64,000 bases of DNA from a bacterium (GTDB lineage Bacteria > Patescibacteriota > Gracilibacteria > UBA4473), in assembly GCA_009995455.1 (NCBI GenBank), contig JAACPJ010000001.1, positions 150,991 to 214,990 of the forward strand, read 5' to 3'. Every line of letters begins with the position of its first letter. Position 1 is the stretch's first letter. Made by a program: the position numbers and the translations under genes. This document shows positions 19,768 through 28,082 of this stretch, in pieces. The notes under the pieces are model-generated. The model saw only the letters and a program-made list of their open reading frames with translations, ran no database searches and was not told where the DNA came from.

Positions 19768-19842
19768 TCCCGAGTAGCTCAGTGGTAGAGCAGTTGGCTG
19801 TTAACCAATTGGTCACTGGTTCGAGTCCAGTCTCGGGAGCCA
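19768..19842 (+). tRNA. tRNA-Asn (anticodon GTT), CCA encoded
   Basis: Cloverleaf read by hand. Acceptor TCCCGAG/CTCGGGA. D arm GCTC-AGTGGTA-GAGC. Anticodon arm GTTGG-CTGTTAA-CCAAT. Variable loop TGGTC. T arm ACTGG-TTCGAGT-CCAGT. Discriminator G, then CCA. Confidence 0.9.
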
Positions 19843-21653
19843 AATTCCTTTAAATGGTAGTTAATACCTTTTTTAGGGTTTCCTGGAATATGAGAAATAT
19901 CTGATTGAGCTAGTATATCAAAAGGTTTTAGCCATTCCATCTCAACACGATCCTTCCAAACTTTAAGGTTCGAACCTAGCGATAGTAGCAAAGCTTTTTT
20001 GGGTTCGAACTCAGCGTCAGCCATAATTGATTTAGCATCGCGCATGACTTGAAGTTTTTGCCAAGCTTGCTCAAACGATTCTTCGTGTTCTTCTTTTAAG
20101 GACTCTATTTCGCCTTGAGTTGTATAAATATCCTCTTCTACTCGAACGATAGTTTCTTCTGCTTCTTTTCTCTTAAGTTCGGATAACTCTGGAAGAAATT
20201 GCACTCTTTTTAAGTTGCTTTGTTCCTCTTCGAGTTTTTGGATTTTCTTTTTTAGTCTGTCTAGGCTGGCTTTGTAGATTTTTTCCTGCTCTAGCCAAAG
20301 CGTATAGAGCTGTCTCCGGAAGACTTCGAATAATCCGTCGGTAATTACGATCTTTGATAGCTCTTTTTCAAGATTTTTAGCTACCGCCTTCAAGGTTACT
20401 GAAGGTGAGGCTTTTCGATTTTTCCCCCAAACGGGCTTACCATTTTCTAACTTGTTAGCGAGAGGCGTAAATCTTTCAATTAAAGAGCACTTAGTCGTTT
20501 CATTAATCTCCTCGCTACATTGAGGGCATTTAGAGGTGTCGTTTTTAGTTTGCCAGCGATGTTGACAGCTAGAGCAAGTGAAACGGTTCTTAGACTCGAA
20601 TAAAAGCCGTGCGGGTCTCGTTTCGCCCTCTTTAGTGATAAATTCAAACTCTCCACTTACTGCAAACCCGGCTAGTAGTTCACCTAAGCCGACGGCTTTT
20701 TCATACTTAGCGTGCTTAAAGCCTAAACGTTGAAGCACCATTTGCGCCTGGTTGAACTCTTCTTCTGAAACCATCGTGGGATGATTCCCCTCAAGCCACA
20801 GCTCCTCTTGATCTGAAGGATCTATACTCTTAAGAAGACCTTGATAGTACTTATTTCTAAAACACTCTCGAACTTGAGAGTCGCTAATCACTCGCTCCCT
20901 TCCGCCGTAGGTGTGAACAATCCCAAGTTCTTTTTTTCGATTATATATCTCTTTAAGAGAATACTGACCGCTTATCAGCATTTCCCACAGTTCACGCATT
21001 TTTTCAAAATTTTCCGAGTGCGCCTCTACGGACTTTTCGCCTTTCTCTGTGCCTACATTCAAATAGCCGACTGGCGCCTTCCCGGTAGTCCCTCCTGCTG
21101 AACGCTTCCGATTCATCCCGGAAGCCGTGTTCTTTCCTCGCTGGTCGTTTTCAAATTTAGCGACGGACATAAAGAGCGAAAGCGTGAACTTATCAGTCGC
21201 AGAGTTCGTAAAAACCTTGTCTACCGTTCTTATTTCTTCGAGGTAAGACTTTTGCGGATTGCTTTGGTACGGATCGAGTAATTGAACGATTGTACCGGTA
21301 TCTTCGGCATTGCGAGAGAGCCGGGAGAGATCAGTACAAATTAGTACATCGAATTTACCTTTCTTGATTTGTTCGATCATATTCAAGAAAGCTTCCCGAT
21401 TAGCTTTCTTCCCGGCGTAGCCTCTGGCAGGAACTTTGGCAGAGCCATCTTCGCGAAATAAATCGACCCCCTCCTCGCCTTTCCAAATTAAACTCCTTTC
21501 TGAATATCCTTCGTTTACTTTTTTCTGGGCTTCAAAGTAGTTTCTAAGATCCTTTTCTTGGCGTTCTAAAGAGTATTTTTGCTTATTTTTACCAGTACTT
21601 TCATCGGAGTCCTTTGAGGACTTCCGCATATAGACTACACACCGAAGCGCCAT
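19779..21653 (-). CDS. large serine recombinase (integrase of the tRNA-Asn island)
   Basis: Resolvase catalytic domain VVYMRKSS...SLERQ...VLICTDLSRLSRN. Recombinase domain. Zn-ribbon FTCSSCQHRWQTKNDTSKCPQCSE. Long coiled coil. The last ~21 codons (GSRDWTRTSDQLVNSQLLYH) are the antisense of the tRNA-Asn 3' half. Confidence 0.9.
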   Translation of the reverse strand: MALRCVVYMRKSSKDSDESTGKNKQKYSLERQEKDLRNYFEAQKKVNEGYSERSLIWKGEEGVDLFREDGSAKVPARGYAGKKANREAFLNMIEQIKKGKFDVLICTDLSRLSRNAEDTGTIVQLLDPYQSNPQKSYLEEIRTVDKVFTNSATDKFTLSLFMSVAKFENDQRGKNTASGMNRKRSAGGTTGKAPVGYLNVGTEKGEKSVEAHSENFEKMRELWEMLISGQYSLKEIYNRKKELGIVHTYGGRERVISDSQVRECFRNKYYQGLLKSIDPSDQEELWLEGNHPTMVSEEEFNQAQMVLQRLGFKHAKYEKAVGLGELLAGFAVSGEFEFITKEGETRPARLLFESKNRFTCSSCQHRWQTKNDTSKCPQCSEEINETTKCSLIERFTPLANKLENGKPVWGKNRKASPSVTLKAVAKNLEKELSKIVITDGLFEVFRRQLYTLWLEQEKIYKASLDRLKKKIQKLEEEQSNLKRVQFLPELSELKRKEAEETIVRVEEDIYTTQGEIESLKEEHEESFEQAWQKLQVMRDAKSIMADAEFEPKKALLLSLGSNLKVWKDRVEMEWLKPFDILAQSDISHIPGNPKKGINYHLKEFGSRDWTRTSDQLVNSQLLYH

Positions 21654-21680
21654 ACTTTATTTTTTATAAAATCATCATGA

Positions 21681-21848
21681 TTATAAACACTTTCTTAAAA
21701 ATAAAGTAACCGCTTCTCCGGTTTGCCTTAATTCAGGTAGAGATAGCTGGATTTGGTAATCTTCCCTCAAAACTCTATCCAAGTCTTCGAGAAACTCTTC
21801 GTTGTTTTTGTAGGGAACTACATTTTTGGGGTACTGAAAACGCGACAT
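21681..21848 (-). CDS. small hypothetical protein upstream of the recombinase (possible accessory or directionality factor)
   Basis: 55 aa from MSRFQYPK (65 aa from the track start at 21878). Lies 27 nt upstream of the recombinase on the same strand. No recognised motif. Confidence 0.35.
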   Translation of the reverse strand: MSRFQYPKNVVPYKNNEEFLEDLDRVLREDYQIQLSLPELRQTGEAVTLFLRKCL

Positions 21849-22230
21849 GAGACAAATAATCCCAGGGGAGTGTCGCACAAAGTGCGCTCATTTATTTGTC
21901 ACAATCGTCCTTCACTGGGTTATTAAAGAAGGCGGTCGCAGCTACCTGTTTTAAAACGGATGAGTCAGGAAGCACCTCAATTCCGAAATCGATCTTAGAG
22001 GTACTTTATTTTTTTTCAAGTTTTAGGCGTTCGGGCGTAAGTGTTGCAAAAAGCAGTGTTTTAATAGAAAATATTTATGCACTTACCAATTCGATTTACC
22101 TTACGGGCTAATTTTTTAATTAGCGCGAATGGGGAACTAAAGATGGGGCAATTTCCGTCTAACAGTTCTCCGTAAGGGAAATTGGTAGGTGCAACGGTAA
22201 GTTGCCCCTTTTTTGTTTAACCCTGTTAAG

Positions 22231-22542
22231 ATGAAACTAGTTTATCCCGTAAAGTGTCCTACCTGCGAATACGAAGGCGAAAGTCTTCCACGAACACCCT
22301 TTAATTGGTTCTTAGCCGTCGTTCTACTGTTTTTAGGGATTATTCCGGGGGTTATCTATATCGCATTCGTAAAAACCCAGCAGAGCCGATTTAAATGCCC
22401 TCGCTGTAGTTCTCCTAGCTGCTACGCTACCGGCGAACCAAAACCGGCGCCAAAAGTCGAAAGGAAGCTTAACCGAACAGAGATGTTTATAGTCGCGATT
22501 CCGATTATTTTGATCATCTTAATGATCGCTTTAAATCAGTAG
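22231..22542 (+). CDS. small membrane protein with split zinc-ribbon (CPTC...CPRC)
   Basis: 103 aa from the ATG at 22231 (the track begins at a TTG at 22213). CxxC pairs flank the TM helix WFLAVVLLFLGIIPGVIYIAF; a second C-terminal TM is FIVAIPIILIILMIAL. Confidence 0.5.
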   Translation: MKLVYPVKCPTCEYEGESLPRTPFNWFLAVVLLFLGIIPGVIYIAFVKTQQSRFKCPRCSSPSCYATGEPKPAPKVERKLNRTEMFIVAIPIILIILMIALNQ

Positions 22543-22662
22543 AAAATCAGCCTCATCTTAGGGAAGTTTTTTTAGCTTAAACAAGCTTTCCTATAGCTTC
22601 GGATAATTCCGGAAAATTTTACGTTTCTTATAAGTTGAAAAAATTCCGGAGAGATTCTAAGT

Positions 22663-24612
22663 TTAGCTTTCTACAGACTCGAATAAATCATGAAAGCCAA
22701 TAGTTAAAGATTGTCTCTGTTCACCGCTTAAATCAAAGTCACTTCCAAACCAAAGGTAACAGCCAGTTATAATTGCGATAAATACCAAAAATCCAAACAT
22801 AATTTGAGGCGTTCTTTTTTTGTTATCTAAACGAGTAATGGCATAGATCAAGAATCCAAATATGCATAATGAGCATGCGAAAAAGACAGTAAACGCAACC
22901 GCCATTTTCAAGCTTTCAATTCCTTCGTAAAGCCTGATAGAGCTGGAAGAAAATATTACTAATGCGGAGAATATGGCAAGAACCTCTACGGTTCTCTTTA
23001 AGTTGCTTTTTTGCTCATCTCTTAAAGTTTCTCGAACTTCTTTAATATGATCTTTTTCATCTTCTAAAATTGACAGTTTATGTAGATTTTTCTCAATGTG
23101 TTGCAGATCAGTTTCAACAGTATGTCTAATAAAAGTAGAAAGTGAGAAAACTTTTGGACAAAAAGATAAATTAAATCCCGCAAAACAAGGGTATGTGAAT
23201 CTTCCCATTTCCATATAAAGTTGGCGCGCACGGTTTAATCTTTTTTCAGATTGCCTGATAACTTTTTCTGATTCGGCTAAGGTCTTATTTAAATTCTTTG
23301 CTTTAAGGTAGTAGTACACTCCAAGTTTATACTCTCTAAAGTAAGATGGATGGTTTGAATCGTTCTCATCGGTGTCATAAGTACTTTCGATCTTATCTTC
23401 GAGCTCCTTATTAGTTGAACCTTGGTAGTAGTGATCTATTAAAAAAGAAAGATGAAAATTCTCGATATATAGAATATTTTTCTCTCTAAATAGAAGATCA
23501 TGTTCGTTTTGAGTACTATTTTCGGATCGTATAAACTCAATGATATTCTGTATCAATTTATCTCCTTTGTCTGAATATCCTACAAAATCTTTTATGTATC
23601 TAGCTATGCAAATTGATTTTTCCCAGCCGAAGTCGGCTATGCTTTTTACCGATTCTTTTTTTAGAGCTTCAGACAATGAGGTTTTACTAAGCTCTCTTAA
23701 TAGTTGTTTTTTTGCATCTTTTTTTGAAAGCCCTTCAAAATAAATTTTTTTCTCAAGTTCATCAGCTACTTTATGAAAAAATGTCACTTCATAAAGGTCT
23801 AAACATTTAGGGGTGTTTTTAAGAAGTTCCTGAAAGCTTATCTCATCTTCTCTAGATGAATCAATTTCATGCTTCCATATTAGAAAATCTAAGAATTGTA
23901 TTAATTTTTGAGAGTCTGGAATGCTATTGAAAGTTTTTAACTTTGAACGTGTCTCTCTAAGATTTATTAGGTTTTCATAAAGCCCAATATGCTCTCTAGT
24001 ATCGGTAATAGTATTCATCTCAAAGCTCCATATCTTGATTAAAAAAGCCGTAAGAGCATCATGGCTTAATTCTTTTTTATTCATTCGGCTCTCCAAAATT
24101 TTATTTTTGGAAAAATTTAAAGTGTCATAGCCGTTGTTTGATAATATGCCTTTAATTTTTCTGACACTCCTAAAAACATCCTGAAGAAAGCCTAGGTAAG
24201 ACTTTAAATTATTTAGATCCTCTATATACTCTTGGGTTAATTTTTTCAATGAGTGTATTATTTTACTCGCCTCCTCTTCTGGTGTTATCTCCTCTTGTGA
24301 CTCTTCTTCGCCTTCTTCGCCATAGTCTTTTTCATTTTTAGCTTCGTAATTTTCCGCTACAGCAGCAACTGTTGCGAAAACTTCAATATCTTTCTCTTTA
24401 ATATCAAGTTTCTCCTCTAACTTAAGTAAAACTTTCTCAAATTTTTCTAGCCAAATTGAATTCCAAAATTGACCTTTACACAAAGAAGTAAAAAGTTTTT
24501 CACTTAAGCTAGGCATATCTGCTTTTAATGCTCTAAGAAGAGGGATTTGGTTATGTCCGTCTAAAATACTTTCAAGATTCTCTAGGAACTCATCAGATAT
24601 AGCATCGCTCAT
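22663..24612 (-). CDS. large K/E-rich helical protein with three C-terminal transmembrane helices (candidate toxin/effector)
   Basis: 649 aa. About 530 aa are soluble with no recognised family. TM segments follow: VLAIFSALVIFSSSS, MAVAFTVFFACSLCIFGFLIYAI, IMFGFLVFIAIITGCYLWFG. The start overlaps the upstream gene's stop by 20 nt. AT-rich. Confidence 0.6.
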   Translation of the reverse strand: MSDAISDEFLENLESILDGHNQIPLLRALKADMPSLSEKLFTSLCKGQFWNSIWLEKFEKVLLKLEEKLDIKEKDIEVFATVAAVAENYEAKNEKDYGEEGEEESQEEITPEEEASKIIHSLKKLTQEYIEDLNNLKSYLGFLQDVFRSVRKIKGILSNNGYDTLNFSKNKILESRMNKKELSHDALTAFLIKIWSFEMNTITDTREHIGLYENLINLRETRSKLKTFNSIPDSQKLIQFLDFLIWKHEIDSSREDEISFQELLKNTPKCLDLYEVTFFHKVADELEKKIYFEGLSKKDAKKQLLRELSKTSLSEALKKESVKSIADFGWEKSICIARYIKDFVGYSDKGDKLIQNIIEFIRSENSTQNEHDLLFREKNILYIENFHLSFLIDHYYQGSTNKELEDKIESTYDTDENDSNHPSYFREYKLGVYYYLKAKNLNKTLAESEKVIRQSEKRLNRARQLYMEMGRFTYPCFAGFNLSFCPKVFSLSTFIRHTVETDLQHIEKNLHKLSILEDEKDHIKEVRETLRDEQKSNLKRTVEVLAIFSALVIFSSSSIRLYEGIESLKMAVAFTVFFACSLCIFGFLIYAITRLDNKKRTPQIMFGFLVFIAIITGCYLWFGSDFDLSGEQRQSLTIGFHDLFESVES

Positions 24613-25105
24613 TTAATATCTCGTTAGTATCCATAGCACTTGCTCTTCTATTACTCTTTAGTGCTTCCATAAAAGGCTTTCGCCACGCTTCCCAACGATG
24701 AGAGACCTCTACTAGATAGTCTTCTTTTCTTCTAAGTAATTCGTTTTCATTACCTTTTAAACTAGATATTGCCTCTTTCAATAAAATAGTAACTTCATCA
24801 TCAGTACAACAATCTGGAGCGTTTCCAGAAACTCCAGACTCATGACATTCTTGCATGAAGCCTTTGTTAACCTTTAAGAATCCATATGAATCGTCCTCAA
24901 CTGGACCCTTGGGAAGGGCTACCCATTCATCGAAGGTGCTAAGTAATTTTTTTTCTAGAACACAGGTGAAAAATAAGAGCTTCATTATCTCTACGAAAGT
25001 AAGCTTGGGATAGGCTCTTTTGCCAGTATGTTCTTCAGCAACATCCTGATAACTATTGTTGAGAAGAACTAGAAAAGATTTAAAATAATCCTCCTTAGTT
25101 TGCAT
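24593..25105 (-). CDS. Panacea (DUF4065/SocA/GepA-like) domain protein, candidate antitoxin
   Basis: 170 aa. The core LTFVEIMKLLFFTCVLEKKLLSTFDEWVALPKGPVEDDSY parallels the DUF4065 pattern LT-x-LKLQKLLYF...F-x-AW-x-x-GPV-x-x-x-x-Y. Confidence 0.5.
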   Translation of the reverse strand: MQTKEDYFKSFLVLLNNSYQDVAEEHTGKRAYPKLTFVEIMKLLFFTCVLEKKLLSTFDEWVALPKGPVEDDSYGFLKVNKGFMQECHESGVSGNAPDCCTDDEVTILLKEAISSLKGNENELLRRKEDYLVEVSHRWEAWRKPFMEALKSNRRASAMDTNEILNERCYI

Positions 25106-25177
25106 GGTGATTTTTTTTATAATCTAAATATATACTTTATAATTTATATAGTAAACCGTTCTAAATTTTGACTGTTA

Positions 25178-26308
25178 TTAATGAGCTTCACTCAACCCTA
25201 CCGAGTTTGCCACGTAATCACAGATTGGCTTAAGTAGGGTTGAGAGGTCTTGATCAAAATCTTCCAGCAGAACCTCTGGGATAATTAGATTATCTCTTTC
25301 CACCGGATAAGTGTCATCGAAATCTCGTCCGCCGTTGTAAACTTCATGACCTTTTACGCCTAGGAGGCTTAAGGCGACCACAATAGGGCATTCAATCCCC
25401 AAATCTTTTTGAGTACCTAAATATCGCCTTACATGACCCTTCAGCCTTTCTGGAAGATCGTAAACCGGGAAACGATCTGGGCTTAAGTACGTCGAAGTTG
25501 CGGCTTCAATTATTCCGCTCCTAAATACCTGAACGTAGGTCGCGTGACTTTGGTCTTGCGCCTGACTGTAACTAGCGAAGCCTTCGATGTTTATCTTCCA
25601 AGTACAAGCTCCATTTCCCATCGGCTTAGGGTAATCTCCAGGAAAAGATTCGTGGCTCTTTAGCTCTAAATTCGGCGCGTTTGAAAAAGACTGAAGGGGA
25701 ATTAGATGTATAACAAATTTTGCCTCATTCCCCATTTTTACGGTCGCTTCATCGGCTAAAATTTTTGCAAGTCGGTCGGATCTAAACTGCTGAATTTTAT
25801 TTTCTAGCCCTTCCGAGTCTAAAAACAGTCTGCGGATCTCATAAACGTCCAGCTTTTGCTTCCCTGCCGAAGTCCTCGAATAGAACTTCCCGCTCTTAAG
25901 CATGTGCGGAGATGACCAACTAGCCGGAATTTTTAAAATCAAAACGGTCTTATCATCTATCAAAACTGGTTTTATGTCTATCGCTGGGATTCTCGGATCT
26001 ATTTCCGAAGTTATCAGTTGCTTTAGTCTTAAAACCTCTCGATCGGTGTCGTCCGACTCTATTCCGTGCAACGCGTACCGCGCTTCGCCTTCTGCAGGTT
26101 CCTTATTTTCTGATATACCAAAAATCAAATATCCGCCCGAAGCGTTTGCAAAAGAAGAAACTGCTGCTAAAAACCTTTGCTTTCCTTGATCTGTAGCTTC
26201 AGGTAAGTCGCGCTTGTATTCGAGCGTCTTACTTTCTGACGTCTGATTATCGATTAGGCGCTGGATAGTTCCTTGGTCGATTGAGGCAAACGGTTCGGTT
26301 ATTTCCAT
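25178..26308 (-). CDS. AlbA_2 (Schlafen-like) domain protein with unknown C-terminal domain
   Basis: The N-terminal ESKTLEYKRDLPE...FLAAVSSFANASGGYLIFGISE matches the AlbA_2 pattern E-x-x-x-LEFK...AFANT-x-GG-x-L-x-x-GV. Confidence 0.6.
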   Translation of the reverse strand: MEITEPFASIDQGTIQRLIDNQTSESKTLEYKRDLPEATDQGKQRFLAAVSSFANASGGYLIFGISENKEPAEGEARYALHGIESDDTDREVLRLKQLITSEIDPRIPAIDIKPVLIDDKTVLILKIPASWSSPHMLKSGKFYSRTSAGKQKLDVYEIRRLFLDSEGLENKIQQFRSDRLAKILADEATVKMGNEAKFVIHLIPLQSFSNAPNLELKSHESFPGDYPKPMGNGACTWKINIEGFASYSQAQDQSHATYVQVFRSGIIEAATSTYLSPDRFPVYDLPERLKGHVRRYLGTQKDLGIECPIVVALSLLGVKGHEVYNGGRDFDDTYPVERDNLIIPEVLLEDFDQDLSTLLKPICDYVANSVGLSEAH

Positions 26309-26450
26309 ACGAGTAAACTAGCAGATCCTTCCAACGTTTTCTATCAGCTTGGTTCTTTTCCGGGGAGGGATCTCTTACTAGAAACTCTAAGCCGAGGCTT
26401 TAATACGCGATAACTCCTCATTCCAAGTGCTGTGTAACTTGGTCTTCAAA

Positions 26451-26516
26451 GTCCCCCTGTTAGGCTTATACCCGTTAGATAAAATGGTTCGAACCACGAA
26501 AGTACTAGGGGAGCCA
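26451..26516 (+). repeat. degenerate tRNA-Asn-like remnant / att repeat
   Basis: 26508-26522 GGGGAGCCATTCCTT repeats the tRNA 3' end plus flank GGGAGCCAAATTCCTT (19835-19850). It is preceded by TGGTTCGAACCA (T-arm-like), and TCCCC at 26452 could pair with GGGGA. Too short and mismatched to be functional. Confidence 0.4.
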
Positions 26517-26855
26517 TTCCTTCGTTTCAGCGAAACGAAGCAGGACATCAAACGGTTCACGCAGGTCATAGACCAGCTTTCCGTTTTTTAGTCGTAGGTT
26601 CGAAGTCACTAAAGTGAGTAATTGCTGTTTGCGAGGCTCTGAATCTTCACGAAATAACAGGCCTGCTTTTTGGGCTAGGTCTAGAACGGCTAAACTAGAG
26701 TTTAAGAAGGTTTCATCTTTGCGGCTGGCGTCGGTCAGTTCTTCTTGTAGATCTTGCTCTTCAGACTTAAAGCGAGTGACAAGTTTGTCATACTCATCGG
26801 TTGTAATACACCAATTTCTACACAGACTTAGAAGCTCTAACAGTTGAATAAAACC
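26505..26855 (-). pseudogene. C-terminal remnant of a second large serine recombinase (no start codon, N-terminal ~500 aa missing)
   Basis: Open frame of 117 codons with no Met. It ends ...DSEPRKQQLLTLVTSNLRLKNGKLVYDLREPFDVLLRFAETKEWLP*, which aligns with the intact recombinase tail ...EFEPKKALLLSLGSNLKVWKDRVEMEWLKPFDILAQ...KEFGS. The stop lies at the tRNA-like repeat, as in the intact copy. Confidence 0.65.
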
Positions 26856-26949
26856 ATTAATGCCTCACTTGGTTATAAATGAATAAATAACAGCTAATCG
26901 GTTATGCATTAGAGAAACTCATAAGATTTTATCTGAAAAGAAGCAGTTT

Positions 26950-27753
26950 TTAACCTCTTGATTCAAGCGGGATAAAACATTGTAGGTAAATCATAAGTCC
27001 GTTTGGTAGATCAAATGTCATTGGCAAGCCGCTGGCATTACTTTTGTGCCATATACCTAACCCCGTTGATTTACTCATGGTTAATGTTTGTATGCCCCCG
27101 TACCATAAGTCCTGTGCGATGATAGTTTTATCGTTGTTTTTTAAAATTTTCCACGCTTCCCCACTGGTTGCACCACCACCAACGGCCGCAGAGGTTAGAA
27201 AAGTTATAGTATCATTAGGATTTATGATAAAAGATAGCTCGTCTGTACCTGGTTTCAAATTGGATTCAACGGCTGAATAATCTAAGTATTTACCTTCATT
27301 GCTACTTGGCCTAGCTCCATTTTTTTCAAAAAAATAGGCGGTTTCTTGCGCTTTACACGGAAAACTTTGACCGATCATTTGTTCGGGAAACAGTTTTTTC
27401 TTTTCAGATTCTGTGAAAAATTCATCTACATCTGGGAACTCTTCTTTTAATTCTACAAGAATTTCTGAATAGCTCATAAAACTATTATTTTTCAAATCCT
27501 CAGCAAATTCATAGGGACTTACGTAATCTTCTTGAAGCTCTATTGGGACTGTTTTTTTCTCCTGAATCGATTTAGCCATAGCTAAATCATTTTCAAGTGT
27601 TTCGTTTTTTTCTTCTAGTTGCTTAATTTCGTCATATAGTGCTTCCTCAAATGAGGAAACTTTTGGGGTGTTTGTATTTAACGTCGATGAATTTTGGTCT
27701 TCACAGCCAGAAATAATTGTCACAGTCACGAATAATATAAATATTCTTTTCAT
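26950..27753 (-). CDS. lipoprotein, unknown function
   Basis: Lipobox MKRIFILFVTVTIISGC from the ATG at 27753 (the track ORF extends to 27798). Short coiled coil, then a globular domain. Confidence 0.55.
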   Translation of the reverse strand: MKRIFILFVTVTIISGCEDQNSSTLNTNTPKVSSFEEALYDEIKQLEEKNETLENDLAMAKSIQEKKTVPIELQEDYVSPYEFAEDLKNNSFMSYSEILVELKEEFPDVDEFFTESEKKKLFPEQMIGQSFPCKAQETAYFFEKNGARPSSNEGKYLDYSAVESNLKPGTDELSFIINPNDTITFLTSAAVGGGATSGEAWKILKNNDKTIIAQDLWYGGIQTLTMSKSTGLGIWHKSNASGLPMTFDLPNGLMIYLQCFIPLESRG

Positions 27754-27839
27754 ATGTTTTAGTTTAACGGCTTTTTTTGTTATCAGCAATCTGAACAAAG
27801 GCTAGAGAACAAAGTTAAATCTACTTATAAGACAAGGCT

Positions 27840-27953
27840 ATGAGTGTTTTTTATACTAAGTTATGTGTGTTTTTGTTAGTATTGGTGCTTGTTGCTCAGC
27901 CATTTCTATTATCCTTCCAAATCTGTTTACTTGCTTGTGATACCGAGTTCTAA
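27840..27953 (+). CDS. possible small hydrophobic peptide (37 aa)
   Basis: ATG at 27840 preceded by AAGG. Translates MSVFYTKLCVFLLVLVLVAQPFLLSFQICLLACDTEF*. An intrinsic terminator follows 30 nt downstream. Below the ORF-track size cut-off. Confidence 0.3.
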   Translation: MSVFYTKLCVFLLVLVLVAQPFLLSFQICLLACDTEF

Positions 27954-27983
27954 ATAGAAACGGAAGCTTGAGCCAACAAAAAT

Positions 27984-28011
27984 GCATAGATCTTACGATC
28001 TGTGCTTTTTT
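27984..28011 (+). terminator. intrinsic terminator
   Basis: GCATAGATC-TTAC-GATCTGTGC (9-bp stem with one G:U) followed by TTTTTT. Confidence 0.6.
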
Positions 28012-28082
28012 GTTTAATTCAAAAGTGCGCCAAACCAAAATTTAATTAACTTAATCAAATCTTCATATATGCTTAGGTCATT

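Larger units (their letters stand above)
19843..26507. mobile_element. integrated element A at tRNA-Asn (serine-recombinase island, ~6.7 kb)
   Basis: Bounded on the left by the tRNA-Asn 3' end and on the right by the imperfect 15-nt repeat of that end. Carries the intact recombinase and AT-rich cargo. Confidence 0.6.

Noticed and set aside
19580-19843. 87-aa minus-strand ORF overlapping tRNA-Asn
   Set aside because: Its N-terminus (APETGLEPVTNWLTANCSTTELLG) is simply the antisense translation of the tRNA. The rest covers the structured intergenic region. No coding support.
21896-22111. 71-aa plus-strand ORF (TTG start) in the island
   Set aside because: Non-ATG start, no RBS, and a Ser-rich low-information translation. 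Kept only as a possible explanation for the downstream terminator, not called as a gene.
26387-26847. Track ORFs 26387..26569 (-) and 26614..26847 (+)
   Set aside because: They overlap the tRNA-like remnant and the antisense of the recombinase C-terminal remnant. The only frame with homology here is the start-less minus-strand frame 26505-26855, called as a pseudogene.
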